The position numbers were made by a program, and so were the translations under genes. The notes under the pieces were generated by a model. That model saw nothing but the letters and a program-made list of their open reading frames with translations, was not told the origin of the DNA and did no database searches. 64,000 bases of DNA from Kofleriaceae bacterium (GTDB taxonomy: Bacteria > Myxococcota_A > Polyangia > Haliangiales > Haliangiaceae): the NCBI GenBank assembly GCA_046597055.1, contig JBKJLC010000237.1, forward strand, positions 64,001 to 128,000, in the 5' to 3' direction. Shown in pieces: positions 37,492 to 48,758 of the stretch (positions within the stretch are counted from its first letter, which is position 1; the number at the start of each line of letters is the position of its first letter).

Positions 37492-38016
37492 ATGTCGCGT
37501 TGTACGCTGTCCGGCATTCCACTCGTCTCGATCGCAACGGCCATGGCCATGACCACCACGGGATGCAGCGACAACGGCAGCAGCGGCGGCCCCGACGCGG
37601 TCTCGCCGTCGTGCATGGAGGCGACGATGCATGACGACCTCCCGTGGCTGCAGGAGAAGGTCTTCTCCCCGAGCTGCTCGGGCTTCTCGTCCTGCCACAT
37701 GGGCGCGGCCCTCGATGCCGAGGGGCTCAACCTCGAGACCGGCAGCACCCACGCTCAGCTGGTCGGGGTGCGGTCGGAGCTGTTTCCCGAGCTCGTGCGG
37801 GTCGTGCCGGGCGATCCCGCCAACAGCTACCTGATGATCGCGGTCGGCCAGTACCCCGGGCCGCTGGGCAAGGGCGGCACCATGCCGCTCAACAACCCGC
37901 TACTGTGTCCGCAGAAGCGCGATGCGATCGAGCGCTGGATCCGGGCGGGCGCCACCGCCACCCCCGCCGCGATCGACGCGGGCCTCGACACCGACGCTGT
38001 GACTGCAACGAACTGA
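37492..38016 (+). CDS. Lipoprotein with a planctomycete-type cytochrome c-like domain
   Basis: TTGC lipobox; VFSPSCSGFSSCH, VVPGDPANSYL, MP and IERWIRAGA. Confidence 0.7.
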   Translation: MSRCTLSGIPLVSIATAMAMTTTGCSDNGSSGGPDAVSPSCMEATMHDDLPWLQEKVFSPSCSGFSSCHMGAALDAEGLNLETGSTHAQLVGVRSELFPELVRVVPGDPANSYLMIAVGQYPGPLGKGGTMPLNNPLLCPQKRDAIERWIRAGATATPAAIDAGLDTDAVTATN

Positions 38017-38079
38017 GCACCGGACGATCTCTCGATGCATAAGTCCTCTATCTATCAACGGAATTTGGACTGCGCTCGC

Positions 38080-38109
38080 TTGACGGCAGCGCGGCCCCGC
38101 AGCTACAAC
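38080..38109 (+). promoter_or_regulatory. Putative sigma70 promoter of the motA/tolQ operon
   Basis: TTGACG-N18-TACAAC preceded by an AT-rich tract; GGAG SD before the ATG at 38142. Confidence 0.5.
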
Positions 38110-38141
38110 CGACGCATACCCCGCGGAGGCCGGAGATCGCC

Positions 38142-38843
38142 ATGGATTGGCTAAGCGAAGTCTTCTCGAAGGGCGGCCCGTTCTTCATCATCAACACGTT
38201 CTTCTTGGCGGTCTGCATCGCCTTGATTGTCGAACGTGCGATGTATTTCCTGGGCCGCGGCCACCTCAACGCCAAGGCCTTCCTTGAGCAGATCAAGCGT
38301 CTGCTCGCGGCCAACAACGTCGATCGCGCCAAGAAGCTGTGCGACGCGACGTCGGCGCCGGTCGCCCGGGTCGCCAAGGCGGGTCTCAATCGTCTGCATC
38401 GCGGTGAAGCCGCGGTCGCTCAGGCGATGGAAGAGACCATGACCGATGTGACGCCCGAGGTGAAGGCCCGCGTCGCCGCCCTGTGGTCGATGGCGAACAT
38501 CGTGACCCTCACGGGTCTCCTTGGCACCATCACCGGCCTCATCGCGACGTTCTCGGCACTCAAGGAGAGCAACCCGGCCGACAAGGACGAGAAGCTCTCT
38601 GAAGGTATCGCCGAGGCCATGTACAACACCGCCTACGGTCTCGCGATCGCACTGCTCTGCATGGTCGCGCACCTCATGCTGTCGGCGGCCATGAAGAAGG
38701 TCATCTCCGACCTCGAAGCGTTCGCGCTGCGGTTCGAGAACCTGCTGGCCGAGGGCGCCCTCGCGGGTGCCGGCGGCGCGGGTCGCTCCGCCGGTGCAGC
38801 TCCGGGCATGGGCTCCGCCGAGAGCGACCAGGACGTGGCCTGA
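38142..38843 (+). CDS. MotA/TolQ/ExbB proton-channel protein (AglR-like)
   Basis: Three TM segments; TLTGLLGTITGLI, GIAEAMYNTAYGL. Confidence 0.93.
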   Translation: MDWLSEVFSKGGPFFIINTFFLAVCIALIVERAMYFLGRGHLNAKAFLEQIKRLLAANNVDRAKKLCDATSAPVARVAKAGLNRLHRGEAAVAQAMEETMTDVTPEVKARVAALWSMANIVTLTGLLGTITGLIATFSALKESNPADKDEKLSEGIAEAMYNTAYGLAIALLCMVAHLMLSAAMKKVISDLEAFALRFENLLAEGALAGAGGAGRSAGAAPGMGSAESDQDVA

Positions 38844-38852
38844 GGCACACGC

Positions 38853-39652
38853 GTGCTCTCTCACCACCAGGTACGCTCGAAGACTCGCATGGCGGTGCGC
38901 CGCCGCGAGGAGCAGATTGAGCAAGACGAGATCGAGAGCGGTGAGATCAACCTCATCCCGTACCTCGATATCGTCACCAACTTGATGCTGTTCCTCCTGG
39001 CGTCGGTGACGGCGAACATCATCTTCGGGCAGATCAACACCACCCTGCCCGACCAGGGAGCGCCGCCGGCCAACCAGGCCAACGAACCCGCCAAGGATCC
39101 CAACGAGCAGGCGCTCGGCCTGGCGATCGCGGTCACCAAGGACGAGATCTTGCTATTCTCGTTCTCGGGGCTGGAGGGCACCATCAAGGAGCCCAAGCTG
39201 CGCGTGCCGCGCGCCGGCCGCCCCGGCGAGGCCTGCGACGGCGCGTACCTCTGCGAGACCAACACCTGCGTCAACCAGGTGTGCAAGGCGAACCCGGACT
39301 TCGACGTGACGCCGGTGTTCGACTACCGGTTGCTCAACCGCGCGCTGGTCCAGATCGCCGAGACCCGCTTCAAGGGTCAGAAGCGCAAGCCCGACACCTA
39401 CCAGGCCATCCTGATGGCGGATCCGGCGGTGCCCTACGGCACGCTGATCTCGGTCATCAGCGCGATGCGCTGCCCGATGCCTGCGTTCGGTCAGCCGTCA
39501 CTGACCTGCTTCCTGCCGACCGCCGACGAGAACCTGAAGAAGGCGGAGAACCCGGTCGACGACGTCGCCCGGCTCTACGACACCGCGCGCACGCCGTACG
39601 ACCCGACCCAGCATGCGCTGTTCCCGGACGTGGTCTTCTCGGGAGGCTTCCG

Positions 39653-39656
<4 letters not shown>
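38853..39656 (+). CDS. ExbD/TolR-family protein with Cys-rich insertions
   Basis: GEINLIPYLDIVTNLMLFLL with the channel Asp; ADPAVPYGTLISVISAMR; LFPDVVF. Confidence 0.88.
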
Positions 39657-40222
<566 letters not shown>

Positions 40223-40274
40223 CGCGGCTTCCTCCGATGGCCTCGTAGTCGCCGCCGCGGACCTCCCGCGAAGC

Positions 40275-40297
40275 GCGGATCCCCCGGTGGGGTTCGC
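40275..40297 (+). terminator. GC-rich hairpin after the motor operon
   Basis: GCGGATCCC...GGGGTTCGC stem with G-U pairs; no U tract. Confidence 0.3.
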
Positions 40298-40366
40298 ACC
40301 GTCAGCCCCCGGCGCCCCGCGATATCGCGGTGGCTCCGCCCGTGCGGGCTCGCTATACTGGCTCCC

Positions 40367-41065
40367 ATGAAGTCCTTGGTCGGAGAGCGCCGCGCGATCG
40401 CCGCGGCCGTACTAGCCTTCTACGGTCTCATCCTGTTTCTCCTCGGGGGCAACGTTCCCCCCGAGATGAAGCCGATGATCTTCGCCCTCGCCGCGATCTA
40501 CGGCGTGGGCTTCTTCGGCGTCGTCGCCGGGTGGTTCTGGGGGCGCTGGTACGCCAGCGGCGTCGGCATGTGGGGCGTCGTCACGGCGGTGATGGGCATC
40601 TGGCAGGTGGGGCCAGAGCCGGTCTTCGTCTTCCTCGCGATCACCAACGGCATCCTGCCGCTGTTCCTCGCCGGCGATTCGATGGCGGCCGGCTACGACG
40701 GCCGGCCCGAGTGGCGGGCGCGCTTCCACCTCGACGAGCTGGCGGTGCACCGCCTCGGCAAGTCGGTCACCCGCGCCGCGATGAGCTTGCCGTGGCTGCT
40801 GCTGTGGGCGCTCGCGCCGAAGCAGCCCGCCAGCCTCGCCGTGCTGGTGCCGGTCGTGCTCGCCGGCGCCGGCGTCTGGGGCCTCTTCCGCATGCGCACC
40901 TGGGGCCTGCTGGCGCTGGCCGGTGCCGCGGGGACCACGGCGATCACCGCCGGCGCGTCGGCGGGTCCCGGCACTGTCCACGCGCTGATCGCGACCGTCC
41001 TGTTGGCCGGCGCAGTGGCCCCGTTCGCCCGTCCGATCGCGCGCAAGCTCGTGACCGCGCGTTGA
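40367..41065 (+). CDS. Integral membrane protein (about 8 TM, two similar halves)
   Basis: Alternating hydrophobic segments; GFFGVVAGWFWG and GVWGLFRMRTWG; TATACT 7 nt upstream. Confidence 0.8.
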   Translation: MKSLVGERRAIAAAVLAFYGLILFLLGGNVPPEMKPMIFALAAIYGVGFFGVVAGWFWGRWYASGVGMWGVVTAVMGIWQVGPEPVFVFLAITNGILPLFLAGDSMAAGYDGRPEWRARFHLDELAVHRLGKSVTRAAMSLPWLLLWALAPKQPASLAVLVPVVLAGAGVWGLFRMRTWGLLALAGAAGTTAITAGASAGPGTVHALIATVLLAGAVAPFARPIARKLVTAR

Positions 41066-41099
41066 TTTCAGTCGGGCGGCGTCGTACCTTCGACGCCGC

Positions 41100-41699
41100 A
41101 TGAGGACTTCATCGCGTGGGCGTCGTTCGCACCTCGGCGCGCTGGTCGTGGGGCTCGCGCTGGTGGCTGGCGCGGGCCTGGCCACCGGTTGTGCCGGTCC
41201 GTACGCGGGCCAGGCCGAGCGGCTGAAGAAGCCGCCGAAGAAAAAGATGCCCGAGGTGGTCGCGGCCGCCCCGGTCGAGATCAAGTTCGCCGGCGAATGC
41301 GTCGCGAAGTTCCAGGAAGAGAACGCCAAGGCGATGGCGCAGCACAACCGCGGCGCCACCAAGGCCCGGCAGATGGCCGGTCAGGGCGCCGAACTCCTCG
41401 AGCAGGCGGCCAAGTCGACCGACGACGCGCAGGTCGCCGGCCTGACCAAGGAGGCCATCGGCAAGCTGCGCGGCGCGCTGCTCGAAGACCCCTACAGTGC
41501 CGAGGCCAGCTACAACCTGGCGGTCGGCTACGCGCGCGCCCGCCGCAAGACCTGCGCGCTGGCGCTGCTCAAGCGGCTCGCCGAGCTCGAGAAGTACGAC
41601 GAGTTCACGCCCGCCGCGCGCCGGATGCTCAAGGCCGCCGAGGACGACGCCGCGTTCTCGCTCTTCCGCAAGGAAGCGACCGAGGCGATGGGGCGCTGA
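41100..41699 (+). CDS. TPR-like lipoprotein (paralog A)
   Basis: Lipobox ATGC; DPYSAEASYNLAVGYARARRKTCALALLKRL. Confidence 0.8.
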   Translation: MRTSSRGRRSHLGALVVGLALVAGAGLATGCAGPYAGQAERLKKPPKKKMPEVVAAAPVEIKFAGECVAKFQEENAKAMAQHNRGATKARQMAGQGAELLEQAAKSTDDAQVAGLTKEAIGKLRGALLEDPYSAEASYNLAVGYARARRKTCALALLKRLAELEKYDEFTPAARRMLKAAEDDAAFSLFRKEATEAMGR

Positions 41700-41756
41700 C
41701 GCGCAACCCGCCACCTCCCTGCCCCCGATCAGCCTGAGCCAGCAGAAGAGTTCATC

Positions 41757-42407
41757 ATGACGCCTCACCCGTTCGCGCGCGCCCGAGTCGCCGCGTGCCT
41801 CGTCGCCTCGCTCGTCGGCGCGACCTCGCTCACCGCTGGCTGCAAGAAGCCGCCGGTGGTCTCGCCGCCGCCGCCCGCGCTTCGTCCCGAGCCGCTGCCG
41901 CCCCCGCCGGTCCAGGCCGCGACCCGCACCGACTGCGACCCGCCCGAGCTCGGCGCGGCCGCCCAGCCGATGACGTACGCCGAGCGCGCGCCTCGCATCC
42001 AGGAGGCCCAGGCGCTCGCCGTCGAGGGCACCAACCAGCTCAAGGGCGCCGAGGGCGGCGAGCTCGACGCCAAGTCGCGCGAGCAGATGGTGACCGACTC
42101 GGTCGCCACGCTGGTCTCGGCGCTGTCGGCCGATCCCTACAACGTCCACGCGACGTACAACCTCGCGGCGGCCTACGCGCGGATCAATCGCAAGCAGTGC
42201 GCGCTCAACTTGCTGGATCGCTTGATCCAGATGCGCGACCACCACAGCCGCAAGGCCGAGGTGAACGTCAAGCTCGACCGCCTGCTCGGCCGCAACGGGA
42301 TCGCGCTCGACTCCGACTTCCGCGATCTCCGCCAGAACGCGACCTTTGGTTGCTTGATCAGCAATATCGGCTCCACTCAGCCCAAGAACTGCTTCGCGAA
42401 TCCATAG
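41757..42407 (+). CDS. TPR-like lipoprotein (paralog B)
   Basis: Lipobox TAGC; DPYNVHATYNLAAAYARINRKQCALNLLDRL. Confidence 0.8.
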   Translation: MTPHPFARARVAACLVASLVGATSLTAGCKKPPVVSPPPPALRPEPLPPPPVQAATRTDCDPPELGAAAQPMTYAERAPRIQEAQALAVEGTNQLKGAEGGELDAKSREQMVTDSVATLVSALSADPYNVHATYNLAAAYARINRKQCALNLLDRLIQMRDHHSRKAEVNVKLDRLLGRNGIALDSDFRDLRQNATFGCLISNIGSTQPKNCFANP

Positions 42408-42555
42408 GGTTGCGGAGTTCGCGACGCGCGGCGCCATGCCGCGCTGCCCGCGGTTGGTACGTCGCAGGGTGCCATGGCCGGCCAGGGCGCTTCCCTTGTG
42501 CGGCGGGGCTCGATGCCGTACAAATCCGGGACTTTCCCCCTGGAGCCGCACCCTC

Positions 42556-43380
42556 GTGAAGCCCTCCCTCCTCGCCAGCGCCATCCTCGCCAACACCGCC
42601 GTTCTCCTCGGCGCTGGTACGGCGTCCGCCCAGCCTGCTGCCAAGCCGGCTGCGGCTTCCGCCCGCGCCTGTGGCGTGACCGCGATCCCGCTGTCGGTCG
42701 GGAGCGAGTGGGTCTACCAGCCGGCCACGCCGCCTCAGGACCGGGTCCTGACCGAGGCGCAGAAGCGCCTGACGCCGCTCGAGCCCAAGAAGCTCGTCAT
42801 CAAGGTCGCCGGCGTCGACACCAAGGACGGCGTCACCACCGTCTCGCTCACCGAGGACCACGACGGCCGGGTCCATCAGACCTGGGTCAAGTGCGCCGGC
42901 GGCGGCGCGACCTTCCAGATCGCGCCCGACGCGTTCTGGTTCGCGGGCGAGCCGGGCACCACCTACGGCATCGAGCTCAGCAACGTCGAGCGCAAGGGTC
43001 AGACCCTGGGCCTCGTCGGCGGCAAGATCGCCGCGCTGGAGTGGCACGATGATCTGATCGCGTCCTGGAAGCACGTCGTCACCGGCAAGCGCGAGTTGCC
43101 CCTGCGCAGCGGCAAGCTCGAGGTCATCCGGCACTGGGTGGTCCAGCCCGACGAAGAGATCGGCATGAATGGCGGCCGCTTGAAGGCCAAGAAGCTTGGC
43201 ATCGAGATCACGATGAAGGTCTCGATCGAGCCGGCCCCGCCCGAGCCGATCCGGCCGCCGCCGCTGATGGTCAACTTCTTCTGGTACGTGGATGGCGTGG
43301 GCCCGGTCCAGATCGTCAACAGCTACGGTCAGATGTACGTCCTGACGTCGTCGACTGCGATGGCGTCGGCGACGAAGTAG
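42556..43380 (+). CDS. Exported beta-rich hypothetical protein
   Basis: GTG start after GGAG; signal peptide ending ASA; PLSVGSEWVY and C-terminal WYVDGVGPVQ. Confidence 0.75.
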   Translation: MKPSLLASAILANTAVLLGAGTASAQPAAKPAAASARACGVTAIPLSVGSEWVYQPATPPQDRVLTEAQKRLTPLEPKKLVIKVAGVDTKDGVTTVSLTEDHDGRVHQTWVKCAGGGATFQIAPDAFWFAGEPGTTYGIELSNVERKGQTLGLVGGKIAALEWHDDLIASWKHVVTGKRELPLRSGKLEVIRHWVVQPDEEIGMNGGRLKAKKLGIEITMKVSIEPAPPEPIRPPPLMVNFFWYVDGVGPVQIVNSYGQMYVLTSSTAMASATK

Positions 43381-43389
43381 CGCTGCCGC

Positions 43390-44571
<1,182 letters not shown>

Positions 44572-44743
44572 TCACGGCGCGCGCCGCGCGATCCCCGGAC
44601 CCAAGCGCAACCGGGGCGAGGTCGACCTGACCTGGCCGGCCTGACGCGTGTCATCGCGCGCGGTTGGCAACGTTCTCCGCATCCTGACGATGTAAGCCAT
44701 CGCTTGCTCTTGACCCGGGGAGACGAGGGCCTCCCTTGTTCGC

Positions 44744-44772
44744 TTGACCGATTCGGGTCGGTCCGATACCTA
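44744..44772 (+). promoter_or_regulatory. Putative sigma70-type promoter
   Basis: TTGACC-N17-TACCTA, the same architecture as the element upstream of rpsT. Confidence 0.5.
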
Positions 44773-44814
44773 GGCCCCCGCGTCTGCTCGCCTCTTCGCT
44801 GCCGATGGAGCTCC

Positions 44815-47800
44815 ATGCCTCGCCTCGCCTGTGTCGCTCACGCTGTCGTCGTCTCCGCGCTCGTTCTCCTCGCGTCGTGCGCCGATACCGGCAGCGGCAA
44901 GCCCCAGTGTGAGGACGGGGTCGACAACGACCGCGACGGCTTCATCGACGAGGCCGATCCGGCCTGCGCCGCCGGCAGCCCGACCGAGGCGGAGGATCCG
45001 GCCGGGCCCTGCGGGGACGGCGTCGACAACGACGGGGACGGGCTCACCGACTTCCCGGACGATCCCGGCTGCGACGGCGACGGCGATGTCGACGAGTACG
45101 ACGTCGGCGACATGGCCGACTGCATGAACGGTCGCGACGACGACGGGGATGGCAAGATCGACTTCCCCGCCGACCCCGGCTGTCTCGCGGCCAACCAGGA
45201 TGGCGAGGGCGACGACTGCCCGACCGGCCCCAACTGTCCGCAGTGCGCCAACGGCCGGGACGACGATGTCGATACCCTGGTCGACTTCCCGACCGACCCC
45301 GGCTGCACCAGCGCGTCGGGTGGGTTCGAGTACAACCTCGACGTCAACGCGTGCGGCACCGGCACCCTGGTCGCCGAGCTGCCCGCCAACGGCATCGTGA
45401 CCGGCACCCTGAGCACCGGCACCAGCAACGTGCAGGCTTCGACCTGCGCCGGTGGCCCGGTCGGGACCGGGGCCGAGGCGGCCTACGCGTTCCTGGTCGA
45501 GAGCCCGAGCACGCTGGTCGCGACGACCGACACCGCCGGGACCACAGCCAACACCGTGCTGTACGTGCGGCGCGCGTGCCGGACCGCGGCCACCGAGCTC
45601 GCCTGCAACGACGACATCAACCCGACCAACACCAAGTCGTCGATCAGGGCCGAGCTCACGCCCGGCGCCTACTACCTGATCGTCGACACCAAGGCCGGCA
45701 GCCAGACCGGCGCCTACACGCTCCAGGCCTCGATCTACCGCGGCCTGGGCCAGAGCTGCACGGGCGCGGTCCAGTGCGCGCCCGGCAACGAGTGCCGCAT
45801 GGTGGCCGGCGCCGGGACCACCACCTGCGAGCGGCCGGTGTGCAGCGACGGCCGTGACGACGACGGCGACACCAAGATCGACTTCCCGGCCGACCCGGGC
45901 TGCACCTCGGCCATCGACAGCAGCGAGACCGACGACTGCCCCAATGGGGTCAACTGCCCGGACTGCGCCGACACCGTCGACAACGACGGGGACACCCGCG
46001 CCGACTACCCGCTCGACACCGCGTGCGCCTCGGCCAGCGGCACCTCCGAGTACGCGTGCACCTCGGCAGATCCAGTCCGGACGTTCGCGGGCAACCTCAC
46101 GGGCCAGACCATGCCCACCCTCGGCAACGACGTCGACCTGTCGTGCGGCACTAACGGCCGTGACGAGGTGTTCGCGCTGCTGATCACTCGCCCGCTGGCC
46201 GAGCTGCGCATCAACACCATCGGCTCCACCATCGACACCAGCATCGCGCTCAAGCAGGCGAGCTGCTCGAGCTTCGACCTGGCGTGCGACGACGACACCG
46301 CCGGCAACGGCGACTCCGAGATCTTTCTGGTCGACGTGCAGGTCGGCGAGTACTACCTGGTGGTCGACGACGAGAGCACGACCGGCACCTACAACCTCAA
46401 CGTCCGCGGCACGCTCACCAGCGACGCCTCGTGCGACCCGGCCTCCACCCTCTTCACCTGCCCGACCGGCTTCAGCTGCGCGGGCACGGCCGGCGCCGAG
46501 CGGTGCACGGCGGCCGCCTGCAACGACGCTGTCGATGGCGATGGCGACGGCGACGGCACCGGCTATCCCACCGATCCCGGCTGCGCGTCGCCGAGCGACA
46601 CCACCGAGGACGACGACTGCCCGGCCGGCCCCAGCTGCCCGGCGTGCAGCAACGACGTCGATGACGACAACGACACCCTCACCGACTACGGCGCGGATCC
46701 CGGCTGCGTCGCCGCCAGCGCCACCAGCGAGCTGGCGCCGTGCACGTCGGGCGATCCGGTGCTGCTGCTGAACAACCCGCGCGTGGTCGACGCCTCGACC
46801 GCGACCCGCAGCAACGACGTCGACCTGTCGTGCGGCACCGACGGCCGGGACGAGATCTATCGGCTGATGGTGATCCAGCCGCTGGCGTCGCTCACGGTCG
46901 ACACCGTGGGCTCGTCGCTCGACACCGTGGTCGGCCTGCGCGGCGCGACCTGCAACGGCACCGCCGACCTCGCCTGCGACGACAACGGGGCCGGCAACGG
47001 CGACTCGCGGGTGACCCTGACCAACGTCGGGGTCGGCGAGTACTTCGTCGTGGTCGACGATCGCAACGTGGCCAACCCCGGGACCTACAACCTCAACGTC
47101 ACCGGCACCATCGCCGTCGGCGGCCAGTGCGACCCGGCCTCGACCGTCTACACCTGCACCGCCGGCCACGCGTGCACCGGCGCGCCGATGGCGACCTGCC
47201 AGCTGGCGGCCTGCAACAACGCGGTCGATGACGACGGCCGCGGCGACGGCACCGGCTTCCCCACTGACCCCGGCTGCGCGAGCACGTCCGACAACGACGA
47301 GGCCGATGACTGCCCCAGCGGCCCGATGTGCCCGGCGTGCAGCAACGACCTCGACGACGACGGCGACGGACTCACCGACTACCCGGAGGACCCGGCCTGC
47401 GCGGGCGCGGGCGTCGCCAGCGAGCTGGCGCCGTGCACGTCCATCGACCCGATCCCGGTGTTCACCGCCGACCTCGCGGGCGTGTCGATCGCGACCCAGG
47501 CCAACGACGTCGACCTCAGCTGCGGCAACGACGGGCGCGATCTGATCTACCGCTACTACGTCACCGCGCCGCTGGTCAGCCTCACGGCTGACACCGGAGG
47601 CTCGGACACCAACGCCGCGATCGCGCTCCGCCGCAACTCGTGCAACGGCAACACCGATCTCGGTTGCGCCGTCAACAACTACGCCAACGGCGATGCCCGG
47701 GCCACCATCACCGGCGTCACGGTCGGCGAGTACTTCATCCTGGTCGACGACCAGAACACCGCGACCCCGACCACGATCAGCGTCAACCTCCGCGGCGTGA

Positions 47801-48573
47801 TCCCGTCGCTGGGTCGGTGCAACCCGAGCTCGACCACGTTCGTGTGCGACACCGGGACCACCTGTCGCGGCGCGGCCGGGGCCGAGCGCTGCTCGCCCGG
47901 CGTCTGCAACGACACCGTCGACGACGACGGCCGCGGCGATGGCACCGGCTTCCCGACCGACCCCGGCTGCACCAGCGTCGCCGACACCGACGAGGCCGAC
48001 GACTGCCCGACCGGCACCAGCTGTCCGGCCTGCAGCAACGGCCTCGACGACGACGGCAACGGCACGATCGATTTCCCGGCCGATCTGGGCTGTGCCGCCG
48101 CCAGCGACACCGTCGAGCGCACGTGCGCCCCCGAGACCGATCCGTTCACCGTCGTTTCGACCCGGGTGACCACGGGTACCACCACCGGCGCCGCCAACAA
48201 CTTTTCGCCGAGCTGCCAGAGCACCTCCAACGCCGACCGGGTCCACTTGCTGAGCCTGCCGGTGCCGGTCGCGTCGCTGACCATGACCACGGTCGGGACC
48301 AGCTACGACACGATCCTCGTGTTCATGGATTCGGGGTGCGGAACATCGCTCGCGTGCAACGACGACGGCGCCGGGGTTCAGTCGACCATCACCCGGACCG
48401 ACGTCGCGGCGGGCACCTACGCCATCGTGGTCGACGGCTACGACATGAACAGCGGCCCGTACACGCTCAACGTGAACGGCACGGTCGCCGCGGGTGTAGC
48501 CTGCACCGATCCGCTGTTCGCCGCCGGTGTCCTCGCCTGCGCGGGCACCTGCACCGCTGGCACCTGCCAGTAA
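44815..48573 (+). CDS. Large Cys/Asp-rich repeat surface lipoprotein (12 DxDxDG-type repeats, 5 PPC-like beta domains)
   Basis: Lipobox LASC; repeats of CxDGxDNDGDGxxDFPxDPGC; five 'DTV...LACxDD...GxYxxVVD...GxYxL' domains. Confidence 0.85.
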   Translation: MPRLACVAHAVVVSALVLLASCADTGSGKPQCEDGVDNDRDGFIDEADPACAAGSPTEAEDPAGPCGDGVDNDGDGLTDFPDDPGCDGDGDVDEYDVGDMADCMNGRDDDGDGKIDFPADPGCLAANQDGEGDDCPTGPNCPQCANGRDDDVDTLVDFPTDPGCTSASGGFEYNLDVNACGTGTLVAELPANGIVTGTLSTGTSNVQASTCAGGPVGTGAEAAYAFLVESPSTLVATTDTAGTTANTVLYVRRACRTAATELACNDDINPTNTKSSIRAELTPGAYYLIVDTKAGSQTGAYTLQASIYRGLGQSCTGAVQCAPGNECRMVAGAGTTTCERPVCSDGRDDDGDTKIDFPADPGCTSAIDSSETDDCPNGVNCPDCADTVDNDGDTRADYPLDTACASASGTSEYACTSADPVRTFAGNLTGQTMPTLGNDVDLSCGTNGRDEVFALLITRPLAELRINTIGSTIDTSIALKQASCSSFDLACDDDTAGNGDSEIFLVDVQVGEYYLVVDDESTTGTYNLNVRGTLTSDASCDPASTLFTCPTGFSCAGTAGAERCTAAACNDAVDGDGDGDGTGYPTDPGCASPSDTTEDDDCPAGPSCPACSNDVDDDNDTLTDYGADPGCVAASATSELAPCTSGDPVLLLNNPRVVDASTATRSNDVDLSCGTDGRDEIYRLMVIQPLASLTVDTVGSSLDTVVGLRGATCNGTADLACDDNGAGNGDSRVTLTNVGVGEYFVVVDDRNVANPGTYNLNVTGTIAVGGQCDPASTVYTCTAGHACTGAPMATCQLAACNNAVDDDGRGDGTGFPTDPGCASTSDNDEADDCPSGPMCPACSNDLDDDGDGLTDYPEDPACAGAGVASELAPCTSIDPIPVFTADLAGVSIATQANDVDLSCGNDGRDLIYRYYVTAPLVSLTADTGGSDTNAAIALRRNSCNGNTDLGCAVNNYANGDARATITGVTVGEYFILVDDQNTATPTTISVNLRGVIPSLGRCNPSSTTFVCDTGTTCRGAAGAERCSPGVCNDTVDDDGRGDGTGFPTDPGCTSVADTDEADDCPTGTSCPACSNGLDDDGNGTIDFPADLGCAAASDTVERTCAPETDPFTVVSTRVTTGTTTGAANNFSPSCQSTSNADRVHLLSLPVPVASLTMTTVGTSYDTILVFMDSGCGTSLACNDDGAGVQSTITRTDVAAGTYAIVVDGYDMNSGPYTLNVNGTVAAGVACTDPLFAAGVLACAGTCTAGTCQ

Positions 48574-48574
48574 C

Positions 48575-48705
48575 GGGACAGGTTCCTGGCTCGCGAAGCG
48601 CCGCACCAGGGCGCTTCAAGCCGACCGCCCCGGCAGCACCGGGGACAGGTTCCTGGGTCGCAAAGACCGGCAACCACAGTGCTTTCAGCCCGAACGCCCA
48701 GCGCG
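48575..48705. repeat. Degenerate ~67-bp tandem duplication with an internal hairpin
   Basis: GGGACAGGTTCCTGGCTCGCGAAG (48575) and GGGACAGGTTCCTGGGTCGCAAAG (48642) match at 22/24; hairpin GAAGCGCC/GGCGCTTC at 48595-48617. Confidence 0.65.
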
Positions 48706-48758
48706 GTCGGGTTGCGGCCCCGCCCGGGGCTGCCGGCGCAGAAGCGGCTCGCTGCAAC

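Noticed and set aside
44668..44686. Sigma54 promoter upstream of the giant lipoprotein gene (TTGGCAACG...GC)
   Set aside because: GG-to-GC spacing is 11 nt rather than 10 and there is no TTGC
48575..48665. Two 24-bp repeats with a 43-bp spacer as a mini CRISPR array
   Set aside because: Only two copies, similarity extends into the 'spacer', and no cas genes are present
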